Below are positions 1 through 12,700 of a DNA stretch of 64,000 bases, in pieces. The stretch spans positions 124,001 through 188,000 of the forward strand of contig NOWV01000144.1 in assembly GCA_003344405.1 (NCBI GenBank). The letters are read 5' to 3'. Each line of letters opens with the position of its first letter. Position 1 is the first letter of the stretch. The DNA comes from Trichoplax sp. H2. Its lineage: Eukaryota. Below the pieces are notes generated by a model. That model ran no database searches. It was not told the origin of the DNA and saw only the letters and a list, made by a program, of their open reading frames with translations. The translations under genes were made by a program, and so were the position numbers.

Positions 1-2485
1 CATAGATTTGCATAGTCTTAGATTCTTTGTTAACAACGCCTAAGTAATATCTAACAAGTAATGTTACATTGAAATTTAATATCATAAAACAATTCATCAT
101 CTTTTATAATGAATATCATAGACTCTATGGCATAGCTGAAGTGCCAGTACTTAATACGTGCATATATACTTAAGGTACGGCTATGTGCAAATACAACCCC
201 GCCACCAAACAAAAATTATGCTTCATAAAGTCAGCAAGCATCGTAGCTACAAATATCTGCACCATAGCCTCAAGGTCAAACATGTAACACAATGTTATGA
301 AATATTTCATGGATTTATCTTTCACTGTCAAGGCTAATTACGTATCTACAATTCACAACATCTATTCATTAGAAAAATCTGTAAATAGTATCATCTTTAA
401 AGCATTTATTGCTAACTTGGGTAAATAAATTCGCTTAATCATCAGTGTAAAGACTTTGGTATTAGCTATGCTAATCATACACGCTCATTGTAATATGAGA
501 CTGCAAAAGTAGTATTGTATCCTATTTTGCCTTCAACGTTATTCGTATATGATAGTAAACTCATTTCGTAGAAAACAAGTCATAAAATGCATAGCTCTGC
601 AATGGCATCTCCTATTTTCTATGTACATATGATAGACATACCCATATTTATCTTAATTTATTAAACCTCTGTGCTTGGCGCTCTTTCTGCAATGGGTAGA
701 TAGACATTTGTTTTACGCATACGAGTAAATTACATATCATATCGAACTGCATCAACTAACAACATCTAATAATATAAAATGTATCTAATTTCGATTGAAA
801 TAAAATAATGTGGCTCATCTGCGGAGTGGCAAGGGCATATCTTAGTGACTATACTGTTTCTGTAGGCGAGGGTATAATGTGCTGTATTACTGATGATCAC
901 TACCAAATATATGAGATCATCCAGGTACTAATTCTAGTGTACAGTAAGTTTATTTCAAGTGCTATAGCATACCTACACAAAGATCTTTATCAAGCTCATA
1001 GCAACGCATTTGTTTTCGTCGGCTAATACATAATATTCATCTATTAGGCTACTCTACTATACAATACAATTACAATCATTTGCACTACTGCATATGTACA
1101 TATGTAGCTGACGTACGCGTAATTTTTCTTTTTTATACTATACGCGTATATTACAATACAGTTTGCCATAATTAATTGATCATGCTGATTTGCGATACTC
1201 GATAAAAGTGTATTGCTAAGAGAAACATGTGTAATCCATGACGTATAAATGATTTTCCTTTTTTGCATATTAAACGAAGTTAGCTATAACTAAAATATGC
1301 TGATACACTCATATGATACTTGATACCTAGGTGCAATGCTGAAATTGACATGACTTATTCTCTACAGCTACACCGATGCCAAATGTAGTTGATGTATGCG
1401 TGATTATCCTTTTTGTGCTGTCCATTGGATTGCAGTTTGCTATAATTAATCATGATATATGATATTGATGGAATATGCAACTGTAACACTGAGAAGCACG
1501 ATAAATCCATAGCGTAAGGGTCTTTTCTATTTTTTGTATATCGGAATGCACCGGTTAGAATTAATCATGACGTAGTATACTTGATGGAGATACGCATTGG
1601 ATAGTGCTGCATATGATATTGCAAGATAATTTGCCAACATAAATATTCACAATGGATTTACGTTCATTTTGCAAGGATTGGTGCATCTGTGTAGCTTGGA
1701 ACGCGTAACAAAATACTAAACGGACAGTTTATCAAGCTCGTTAACATAACGATTCATGCCGATTTTATAATAGTAATATCTTCTATGTTACTAGATAGAG
1801 TACAGTATGTATGTATCTCTCTATATAGATATCACTATGCTACAGCATGATCACAATATACAGTAGCATCTACAACTATAACATTATACTCCAGGTTCAA
1901 GATAATGTCTCTTATCCTAACTGAAATACATTTTTGCTATTCCTATGACTGTCTATTAGTTTAGCTACCGCGGTTGAGATCCATCATCATTCGAGGTGAC
2001 ATCATCTTCAATCCCGGTATATGTCACATTACCACATTGGCCAGTCTAAGAATAACACATTTAGTAGAAAAGTTAGACAACTAATTAGGAATACTAGCTT
2101 TCATTGATGGTGCTGTGCAGCATCATTGCAATAATCATAGCTACCCTGCCCTATTGATACGCGTACATACCAATCGACCACGTTTACGTTTGCCAACCTT
2201 GTCACTCTTGTAAGTAAGCTCTAGATTGCTATCATCGTAAAGCTGGCCATTTGTGAATTTAGCTATACAAGTAGAACAATATAGTGATACATATACTGTA
2301 TTCCATTGAATCCTAAACGAGTACTATTTTGATTTTAGATCCACATCGAACAAATGATCGATGCTCTTGCAATCCATCGTAGTTTAGCATGCTGTAGATG
2401 AACACAATTTACCTAGAATAGCCGGTATCTGATCTCCTTTCGAATCAGTAAAGATATCTGTAATCGTTATTGTATCATCAGCCAT
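1..2485 (-). CDS. POLR1E: RNA polymerase I subunit RPA49/PAF53 (POLR1E), N-terminal exons; gene continues beyond the left edge
   Basis: Exons 2485-2413, 2262-2171, 2045-1969 and 50-1 have GT-AG boundaries and consistent phases. They give MADDTITITDIFTDSKGDQIPAIL-AKFTNGQLYDDSNLELTYKSDKVGKRKRGRL-TGQCGNVTYTG...SQPR-YYLGVVNKESKTMQIY, resembling the RPA49 N-terminus (F.NG.L...; Y.G; F/YxGxxNKxSxxMxxY). Confidence 0.75.
1040..1620. repeat. Degenerate tandem duplication (~280 bp period) inside the long POLR1E intron
   Basis: atgtagctgacgtacgcgtaatttttc (~1102) recurs as atgtagttgatgtatgcgtgattatcc (~1384); cagtttgccataattaattgatcatg (~1159) recurs as cagtttgctataattaatcatg (~1433). Confidence 0.65.
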
Positions 2486-2859
2486 ATTGTGGTTTCCTTT
2501 GCAAAGAAATACTACCAGATCTTTCTGTGATCGTGCCTATGTCAGGATCTCTTCCTTTCCTCGTTATGCCAGCTCGCTCCAACCACCAGTGGACCTAGTA
2601 GTATTCGTATGCAGTTTCTGCCATATAGTACAGAGGGTACTATCCCATACTGTACCTAATTGTCGATAGTACTGTACAGTATTGTAGAACACTTTTGAGG
2701 ACTGGAACGATTGGCACTGGATTTCAGAGTCAGTCCGGTTGTCCAGCGGTGCATCAAGGGTGTATACCACTATATACTGTCTAAAACAGTAGTACAAATA
2801 CCATAAAAAAACATAGCAAAGCAATCCAAATGTCGGACTAATCTACTCCAATTCCAACG

Positions 2860-2872
2860 GTAACCTAGAAAC
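2860..2872. promoter_or_regulatory. RFX X-box-like site upstream of CCDC138
   Basis: GTAACCTAGAAAC fits the GTNRCC-N-RGNAAC X-box pattern and lies in the divergent POLR1E/CCDC138 promoter. Confidence 0.45.
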
Positions 2873-3306
2873 GCCAACAATTTCAGCGGAAAAATTCAAA
2901 TTAATTTATGGCAGAAGTAAATCAATCCATTTCTACAGCAAGACAACATCAATAGACTGGTATGATAGAATTACTGTAAAAGAGAAAGATCCACTTTAAT
3001 TAGACTACTGGATACGATAAGAGATCAACTAGAGGATTATTATTATTATTATTATATTATTGACAATATCGGGTAGAGGTTGATATCGTGCCATCATCAT
3101 AATAATTATTATCGTTATTATTAGTTTAGCAGCAGCTGTCAAGAGTGAAAATCGACGTTCTAATTTGGTCTTTGAATTAACAAGTTACCCTTTTAGAAGA
3201 TCATGCTGATTGGGTAAATCGATGACTGTTCGATTGGATAAGGCTTGCAAGTATTGTAATGAACACTGACAATTAAGACTGCAGAAGCGATACATATTTG
3301 TAATCA

Positions 3307-6300
3307 ATGAATCATGCAAATAATCCAAATGAGCCAATAATGAGCTCCAAAACAACTTTATTTAGCAATACTACTACTTTTCCTGGTAGTGATGACGGTG
3401 AGTTTATAGTATTATGCAAATGCTAAGGGTCATGATAAGTTGCATTGTATCTTTCTCCTTAATATTGAAGGAATTAATCTTGTCGCCCACGAATTCGTAA
3501 TCGATTGTTAATAGCTCATCAAAAATTGTTTACCTTGAGTTAATATCCCACTCTCCACCCCATAATTTTAATCGGTTTTTAAACCATCCATAGGATTATA
3601 TAGTGCGTTTTAGGATATATTAAGATAGGATATTCTAAAAGATTAAATATTGCATGCTATGTTCAGTACGCCTACAGAGAGAAGGAAATACTACTCGTTG
3701 GTAAGTTATCTGACGGACTGTAATTTGACTGTAGCCGCTTTACAACGTGTATAACCAAGCTTGTTGAATAATTTCAAAGTTCCATATCGTACTCTGTATA
3801 AAACTTTAGATGTAAACGAAGCAAAGCTAAGCACCAGCACAATCTAAAAATACATTTAATACTAGGCTTTAAAGTTATATTCTAGACATAACCTTAGATA
3901 TAAAAGAAGTAAATGCAGGCACTAGCACAATCTGGAAATGGATTTAATATTACGTGCCAAAACATCAGTATGAGTTTCTTAGCTCTTGATTAATGCATTA
4001 AATGCTCCATATTATAGTAAATGGTTGCCATTGATATCGTTACCATGTTATGCAAAGTTAATTCTAATGTACAATTTGATGTTCTTTTTCAACAAATAAT
4101 TTAATTTTTGTTACATAATTATTTATTTATCGTAAAGATTTAGCTTATAGCGATACATTATAACATGCTAAGTTAAAGCAAATCATCTAAATAACCGCAA
4201 TAGCATTAATAAAAGCCACGGATTATTATTACTTCAGTCCTAGACAGTGATACTCTTACTGAAGGCAGATCAAACAGTCAATCCCACTACTTGACTCAAC
4301 CATTACAGCCGACCAGTGATTCCGATTACGATCACATCCTTTCTCAACTACATCATGCACTAACCAAAACAAAGAGAAAATTAAATTCAGCAGAAGTAGA
4401 ACTGTTAAATAAGAGCGATGGGCAGCTCGGTAGAAAAGAAAGTAGTATGTATATTTCTTATCATTATAATTTTATAAAGCAATAAGAATAATCGTGAGAG
4501 CATCAACTATCTACAGAGCCGTGCTAATTTATAATTCCTGCTAACTTCATTCACGAATTATAGCTGGAAGATCTCAAACGACGATAAGATTTAAAAATGA
4601 AGCATTATCCACGAAGTATTCTGTTTCTACGCAAACTATTTCTACGAGTGAGATAGATGAGGTAAACTATCTACTCATAATTGATTACATGCCTCTGTCT
4701 AATAATTTTAATCATGCTATCAGGTCACTAGGAAAAATTGAATCTTACCTTTTGTTTACAGGAATTATCGTCAAATGGTAATTTTCCAATGCAAGACGTA
4801 CATTCTGAGTTAGTAGCTATCAATGAACATCTGAAGGTATGGAAAGATTCAGTGTTCACGATAATGGTAGACTTAATAGACAATCAATTTTATTAGTAGT
4901 AAATGAGACCACTTACAGCGCTTTATAATCCTAAATTAATTAACCTGTGAATATTAAACTGGCACCTGTAGAGGCAAAGTCAGGCATTGCTGGATAGACA
5001 ATACGAGCTTGACAAAAGGGAATCTGCTTTAGCTGAAATGGAAGATACATTCAGAGCTGCTACTAGCACATCACTGCGGCAGCTTGTTGAATCTGAAATT
5101 GAAGATCGATGGTATAAACTAAAACAGGTAGCTGAAACTGAATTGCTTTGTAATATCAACTACTATTGGTATATCGTAGTGCACCAGCTATATTTCTATT
5201 ATGATATAATATACTACAACTGCTATTATGCTAAAATCATTGATGATGTCTTATTACAAAATTTTACAGACTACGCAATATCTACAAATACTATTACTTT
5301 ATAATAAGCAAATATTTACCTTCTACGACTTTAGTAATACGAACAAGCAATGCCGAAGAGCTTTATAAGAGCTATTATCACACTCTGTTCTTCGATTATT
5401 TATGACTTTTCACTAAAATAATTGACTAAACGATCCTATAACTTACATCAGCAATACGATTATGTTCACTTTTTTACGTCAACAATAAAGAAAGAATTAT
5501 GTATAACACCTTGGAATACATAGCTAATGCAATTTGCATATACAAAGCATGAAAAGTGTCTTTACTAAAACTTTTAGGGAGCTGAACAGCAAATTATCGA
5601 ACTAGAAACGATTTTAGCTGGTAAAGAGAAAGAAATTAAAAGATTGCAAAGCTCTTTCAATACCATCAAAGGCGAAAATGATCAATTTCGTAGCCAGGCA
5701 AGAGAGCATTAATAAATTTTATAGTTGCTATTAGATACGATTATGTATGAAAAATTATAGATTGCAAATGTTTATTGCAGCTTCAGTATTTTCAACTTAA
5801 CATATTTCAACATTAATATTTTAGATTGATACTCTAACGGAACAAAATAAAAGATATCAAACACAAATCAGTACGTTAAATAGAAGATTTAAGAATCTTC
5901 AGGTACGATGAACAATATGAATACTATATTTGCCCACTGTATAGACTATATTTTCTGCGATCCATATCTAAAACCATCAAATTCTACTAAAATCATTAGC
6001 AAAAACATGCGTTTACCTTAAAAAAAGCATCCACTGCCCTCCATGTGGAGAAAGCAACAACCGATTCTTTAAAAAAGCCACTGATTGGTAAAGATATTTA
6101 ACAAATATCTTAATTGCATTGATGTACAAACTAACTACTTAAATGCAAGACTTCCCAACTGTTTACTTTTTTAAATTCAGGTACTGCCGTAAAGCCTCAC
6201 CAACAATCTACTCTATCAAAGGTATTACTTGAACTTGCCGAAATTTTAAATATACTACATACCATATTCTAGCAGGAAATATGTATATCCGTTGTTAAAT

Positions 6301-7856
6301 ATAAGGATTATGATTGTATTGCAGGAATCATTAGGGATTTATGATTTATTATCGATAATACTAGAATGGATTGTAGACGTTCACTTAGGGCATATAGTTG
6401 ACGATTTAGAGCAACAAGGTATCAAGAAAGGTTCCCCATCTCTACCAGCAGCGTTTCTTAATGAAAGATGTGCCAAGGTTTACCCATAGCGAATATCGAC
6501 TTTAGTTTTTTTTAAATTAAAGGATATAATAACCTGGTGTCTGACATCTTTGGTAGGTGTTACCATTTTTAGCAGAAATTCTACCATTATTACCTTCTGG
6601 CCACTTAAAAATTCAGCAGCCATGTTTGCAGTTTATTTACTGGTCAGTAATCCATTTAGATATGGCAGGATCACAGCGTGTAATCCTTGCATCCACATAT
6701 CGTCGGATTGGAGAAGAATTATTTAAGCCAACAGTAAGTTGATTATGCTACCGGACCGAAATTGTTAAATTACTGTTAGATATATGTTTAAAATTTTTAG
6801 ATGTCACGACCAATTGGAGAAGCAACGGTTAATGCTAGTAACTTATCATCAAGTATTCATTATCCGGAGAAAAACAAATGCAATTTATATTTGCATAGTA
6901 CAAATTTACGAATTCGCATTCTGTCTGCTCTAATAATATTAAAAATAATGAATCAAGGTAGGTGGTCTTCTCTTCACTAAATCAAGTAAATTTGATGAAT
7001 TGGAGACTTTTTCATTACCTATGAATACCATATCTTTATTTTTATTTCTCTGTCGAAATATGCAGCTGATCGTTTAGCGTCGGTATTAGAAATATTGCAT
7101 AAGGATCTCATGACTGATATGGTTTGTGTACAATATCTCCTATGAATAAAGCTTTAGCTAATTTAAATAAATTAATGGTTTCTAACATTTTTATTTAACT
7201 AAAACATTCTTAAATTATTATTAGGGTAAAGAGATACTCCTTCAATGCAAAGGAATTGCAGTTGTAACCATTTACCTGAAGGCATCCAACAAAGTCTTAC
7301 TAGAGAGAGTTGTTGATCTTATGCTGCTGATGTCAATGGAATCACGTAAATCACTATAATTACTATTCTTGCATGGATAATTCAGAAACAGATCTACAAA
7401 TTTAATCTTTCACATAATTTGTTGCAATACTATATTTATAATCCAAGCAGCTGCATTAGGATGAAAGTAATGCTAAAATTTTATTTTGTTATAGCTTTAT
7501 TAGACGATTTTCTAAACAGTTGTAGTAATGAATCTTGGTTTAGAGCCTGCAGCGCTGTTATTAGATCCCCTAGTACCAACTCTTTGGTTATAGAAAAGCT
7601 AAGCATAATATTACAACGGCTATCGAAAATGAAGTAAATTCTTAATTAAAAAATGATTCAACAGATTCAATTTTTTATGTACCCTAACAAAAACACTTTC
7701 ACATTCCTTAAAAATTATAGAAATAAACAACTATTTGACCTTTACCAGTTGGGTCCGCTAATTCAGGAACTATTACGAAATTGTAAACCCTCTCAAGCTT
7801 TTCTATCAACCAACTTACGATCTATCCTAATCAACTTAAACGTCATCAAATCATAG
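3307..7856 (+). CDS. CCDC138: Coiled-coil domain-containing protein 138 (multi-exon; start codon tentative)
   Basis: Spliced exons give the coiled-coil ...KEKEIKRLQSSFNTIKGENDQFRSQ/IDTLTEQNKRYQ... and the C-terminus FLNSCSNESWFRACSAVIRSP...EKLSIILQRLSKMK-NKQLFDLYQL...AFLSTNLRSILINL*, matching the conserved CCDC138 C-terminal motifs. Stop at 7854-7856. Confidence 0.85.
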
Positions 7857-9760
7857 TGTAATAATTACCTCTTTATAACTCATTAATTAATTTATATTTT
7901 TTGTAAATTGTTAAATTATAAAGGTAGTTTGAGTAACTACCGAATCTCGTATAGCTTAATAAGGATGCCTTACTTGCATCTTAAAACTGTATTAGTTTAT
8001 CTGTAATATCCTTATCTGCAGGATAGAATCAATGTATGATTCATAACTAAATAGTTGATAGAAAACAGTGAAGTATAATACCTCATCTTACTACCATACA
8101 TTACACTCATCCACAGTTAAAATGCCCCAAAGTGTTCCCTACGGAAAATCAATTCATGTGTGTGTGGATTATACGAAGTAATACGTTGATATTATATTAG
8201 CATTGCAAGGGACTCTTATTTTTGTGTACTATTAATCGATAGTCTACAATTACAACGCCCAATCTGTATAATTATAAATGACAGAAAGATATTTTAAATA
8301 CTTGTGACATATCGCTATACGTACTCGTAGCTTTAGCGTAAACAGCAAGTTATTTTTATAAATACAATCAATCGAATGCCTGCGATTCCGTTTTAATGCT
8401 GTATATCAGTTATAATCTTAACCGTAAATTTTTCTAAGAAAGTTATATTTAAGATTCTATACTGTAAATCTCAATATTTTTTACTCGCATAGTAGCAATA
8501 AAAAGTGTTTGAACTATTAATGATTTCAAAAATTTGTTTTTCCGCATTAAGATCTTCTGATGGTCTATCATACTCATTACTCCCACTAATTCTAGCTTTA
8601 ACTTTGAACGCCAAATTGTTAATTACAATGTGGATCAATCTCTGTAATATTTTTTTTAAATTATATGATAAACGTGAATAACTATTGACTAATGTTGCTA
8701 TGTAAGTTCGCTAGATTTTAGCCAGCGAACAAACTTGCCAGCATACCACACTATACAGATGTCGCAGATGTATATTAGCGAAAAACCAAACCAAACTAAG
8801 CCGTCATTGAATCATTATAAAACTCATACTAGATTAGCAATACTGTAACCATGATATGAAATGAATACTCACAAGCAGACAGTAACTTTTGGGTTAAATC
8901 TACAACATGATATATTTTACTTTTGTAAGTTTATACATTGCTAACATTATCCTAAAAACATAAAATTTGTATAGATTAATTTTTAATAAGAAAGATTTCG
9001 TTAGAAAGTAACTACGTATCTATTCAAGCTCAAAGCATAATTACATCGCACATGTAAAGGCACATAGCAAACAGTACAAACATTTTTTATAGACAAAAAA
9101 AATAACATAAGGCTTTGTATACTAAAGTAAATTTAATATAGTGATCTTAATGTTACGGCAGACTCCATATCCTCCTTTCTTAAATTTAAATTCCATGTAA
9201 TATACTTATTAAATATAATAACTTCACTACTGATATATTTGGTATTTGTCAAATGTAAAAATAGAATACTGCTAGTAACTTGTATATACAGTGTTCAATA
9301 AACATCAAACGATTTATGTTAAATAGCCAATACACAGGCCTTGGCTAATAAAGCATAAGAAAATAAGAAAATACTACAAAGACTTACATTTTGGTATTTT
9401 CATATGTAGAAACTTTTTCAAATAATTTGTTTGCATAACTATTGCTGCACAAGAAAGCTATCACGAAAATAGGAAAGTAACGCCATATATAGTATTCAAG
9501 AAGCAGTACAACTATATAATAATTTACAATCTTTTTTCGCCAACTAACTACATCGTAAAACTGCAATCATCCAATACCTTTAACGTTGCTACAGTAACAA
9601 TCTACAAAGTTTGCAATAGGACATATCATTGGAAATGTTCATATTCCTAAAAATTACATATTATCATCATAGGTAGAATCCTATTCACCTTCAAATAGCA
9701 ACATTAAGTTAGACCTTAAGATGTATAATATGATCAATTTAGATAATTAGATTTCTATTC

Positions 9761-12700
9761 TCATTTGGCCTTAGCCTTAGGTACACTTTTGATATATTTA
9801 ACCATTATACCGCAGGGGACAATAGCTGGATAACGGCACGATGTAAAGCATGCTACCTCATCGTTCTTGAACTGTTTATCAATAGTTTCACCACGCCTTG
9901 TAGCCCCCACGGTTTCGTTAAGAATGTGATAACTTCCAGGCCTTTGCCTAACTTGCAGTATGCACTTCATTTTACCATTTTTATAATTACTACCATACCC
10001 TGCGTATGTTGCATGTTCACAATATTTTATTGTGGGAGAGGTAAAAAATAATCTTTTAGGAGTAAAGACGGCACAGCCACATTTGCAGCCTTCCTTATGA
10101 CGTGTGACAACTTTATACTTATTTACTCCAGTGCTATCTTTACCATTGGCGACTAGGGAGAAAGTACCATCTTTAGCGTGATTTGTGAGAACTAGGATAC
10201 ATAATTTCAGAATCAAAGTTAAGAATAGAATGTTTTATTGCCATAACACAGTACAGTATTAAGGAAGTAGAATTTACTACGAATTCTGTAAAAATAAAGT
10301 ACTATCATCATTAAAATATCCCAATTTACTTGGAATCTTGAAGCCAGTACTGGTAGTATCTCCTGGTAGTAGTAGCTGACAGCTTTCAATTATACTTTTA
10401 ACAGCTTTAGCTTGGGTTCCATGATAAGCAACATGAAAATCATTAAAAACCTGTTGTTCCAAACGCTGATCTATTGCAATTGCTACACGAACCCAGCCGT
10501 GCGGTATAGCGTAACGCCTTGGTGGTTTACCGCGCTGTAATACACTTTGGCCTTTATAACAATTTTGACAGAAGCAACGATTAAATCCGGGGTTAATAAA
10601 TGAAGGTAAGATCCCTAAGGAGTTTACAAACTCTTCGCAGAATAATTTATAACTACACTGAGCCATAGCTCGAGATCCAGCTGCTCGTTCTTCTAGTTCA
10701 CTTATGGGTTTAGGTATTGGAGCGCTAGCAGCGACTTTTGCATTTGCTGCAGGTTTCGCAACTGCAACTTTAGTATTTGCATTTACTGCAGGTTTAGTAG
10801 TAGTCTGGAATAAATATACAGTCTGTCTTAATAATTGTAAATCAATTATTACTATATTATCAATAAATACCTAGAAAGTATGAAGATTTACTATATAACT
10901 TAATTAACTGTCACAATTTTCTTCTTCGTGAACGGTTAACTCCTCTAGTAACTAATATCCTAATACACTCAGAGTACGTATAGGTAGGTAATCAATTACT
11001 AGAAAAGTATTCAGTTGGAAGGTTAGTTTACTTATTGTATCACTCGACGAGCCTTTATATTTACTGAATTTCGGAACAACTAGTCGTTGTGAGCTCGCTC
11101 CTTTTATACTCTCTGAGAGCGGCCGCTGGTGCATTTTAACAAACTGAGCTCTAATCATTTTCTACGTTTAGTATAAGATTACATGTTACAATCAATAACA
11201 GGACTCAGTATAGGCAAAATTGGTAAAGAATATTACTGTAATTAGAATAAACCAATTAAGAACCAATTAGAGCCTTGAAGCTCTACACAATATTACTCAT
11301 TACGGTGACAAGGCACCGTAACATTAACTTTGAGGTTTTAGTTATTGCAAAATCAAATTGCACCATTTAATAAATGAAAGCTTAGAGAATTTAGTCGTAT
11401 TTTGACTCGTAATCAACACAGGAGATAGAAATTTAACATCATCCTACATTATCAATAAAATCAGGCCATATCGTTCAATATACTAATAACTTTTCACTAG
11501 TATCCGTACCTTTGAGGCAGGCGTCGCTGTTTTCTTATTAGCTGCAGCAGAATTTGCAGCACCGCTAGTATTGCTGTTTGCTGTTCCTTTGGAATTATTA
11601 ACAGGAGTTTTCACTGATGCGTTTGCATTTGAACTCGGTACATTTTTATTTGTATTAGCTGTATTCGGAGCAGGAAAACGCTATAATTTGTAAATGATAC
11701 AGGCGGATAAAATCTATTAAACTTAACCAAAGGAAAGCTCTTTGACCTTTACGTATTAAACTGAACCTTCACTTTGTTACGATATTCATAGAAAATAAGG
11801 CTATAATTCCTTTTTGGCTTCAAACTGAAACACCAATATTTATGCTAAGCTACGAAGGTCATATACCATGTCACGAAATGACGACTAATCTAGTGGTACG
11901 ATATACACAGTACTATTTAGAAGAGAACACACGTATCGCTGATAGCTTCCTAAAAGTTTCTACGCTCCTAGAAAGTGCACTAGTGCATAGCGTACAATAA
12001 ACGGCTCTCATTACGACTCATCTCATTAATGTCTCTAGTAAACTAAAATACCTTGCTTTTTGGATCTTCCAACAATTTTAACATTTCGGGATAATTTCTA
12101 GCATTCCTTAAGGGTGTACTCTTTGTCTATTAGAATTAAGATCAAAAATATATTAATAATTATAATCAAATATTACTTCGTAAATCAAAGTATACAACGA
12201 TATTAGCAATCATTTTAATAAATTAGACAAATAATAACTAAATTAGCATATTCAATAGCAAAATACCTTTGAAGGTATATCGACATAAGCTCCAGCATCA
12301 ACAAGCAGCTTTGCAATAGCCAAAAAATTCTTATACGCAGCAACATGAAGAGGTGTTAAGCCCTCAGTCTAATATTTAAAAACGTATTTATATAGCAATT
12401 AAATTTAATGAAATACATAAACATTAGCTATATTATTTATTATCGTAAACAGTATCACGATATTTTATAAAAGTTAGGCTTTCCTGCCCATACTACAGTA
12501 CGTATATCACTTTTGAAAACATGAAGTTACGTTTATAGGCTAGACCTAACTTGAATTTTAATTAAATCTCCCTACCGCTGTAACTTTATTAACATCAGCT
12601 CCCGCTTCTATTAATACTTTGACTACGTCATAAAAATTTCTAGCGGCAGCCAAGTACAATGAAGTGTACCCTTTCTGTTAATTTAAAATTAATCTTAGTA

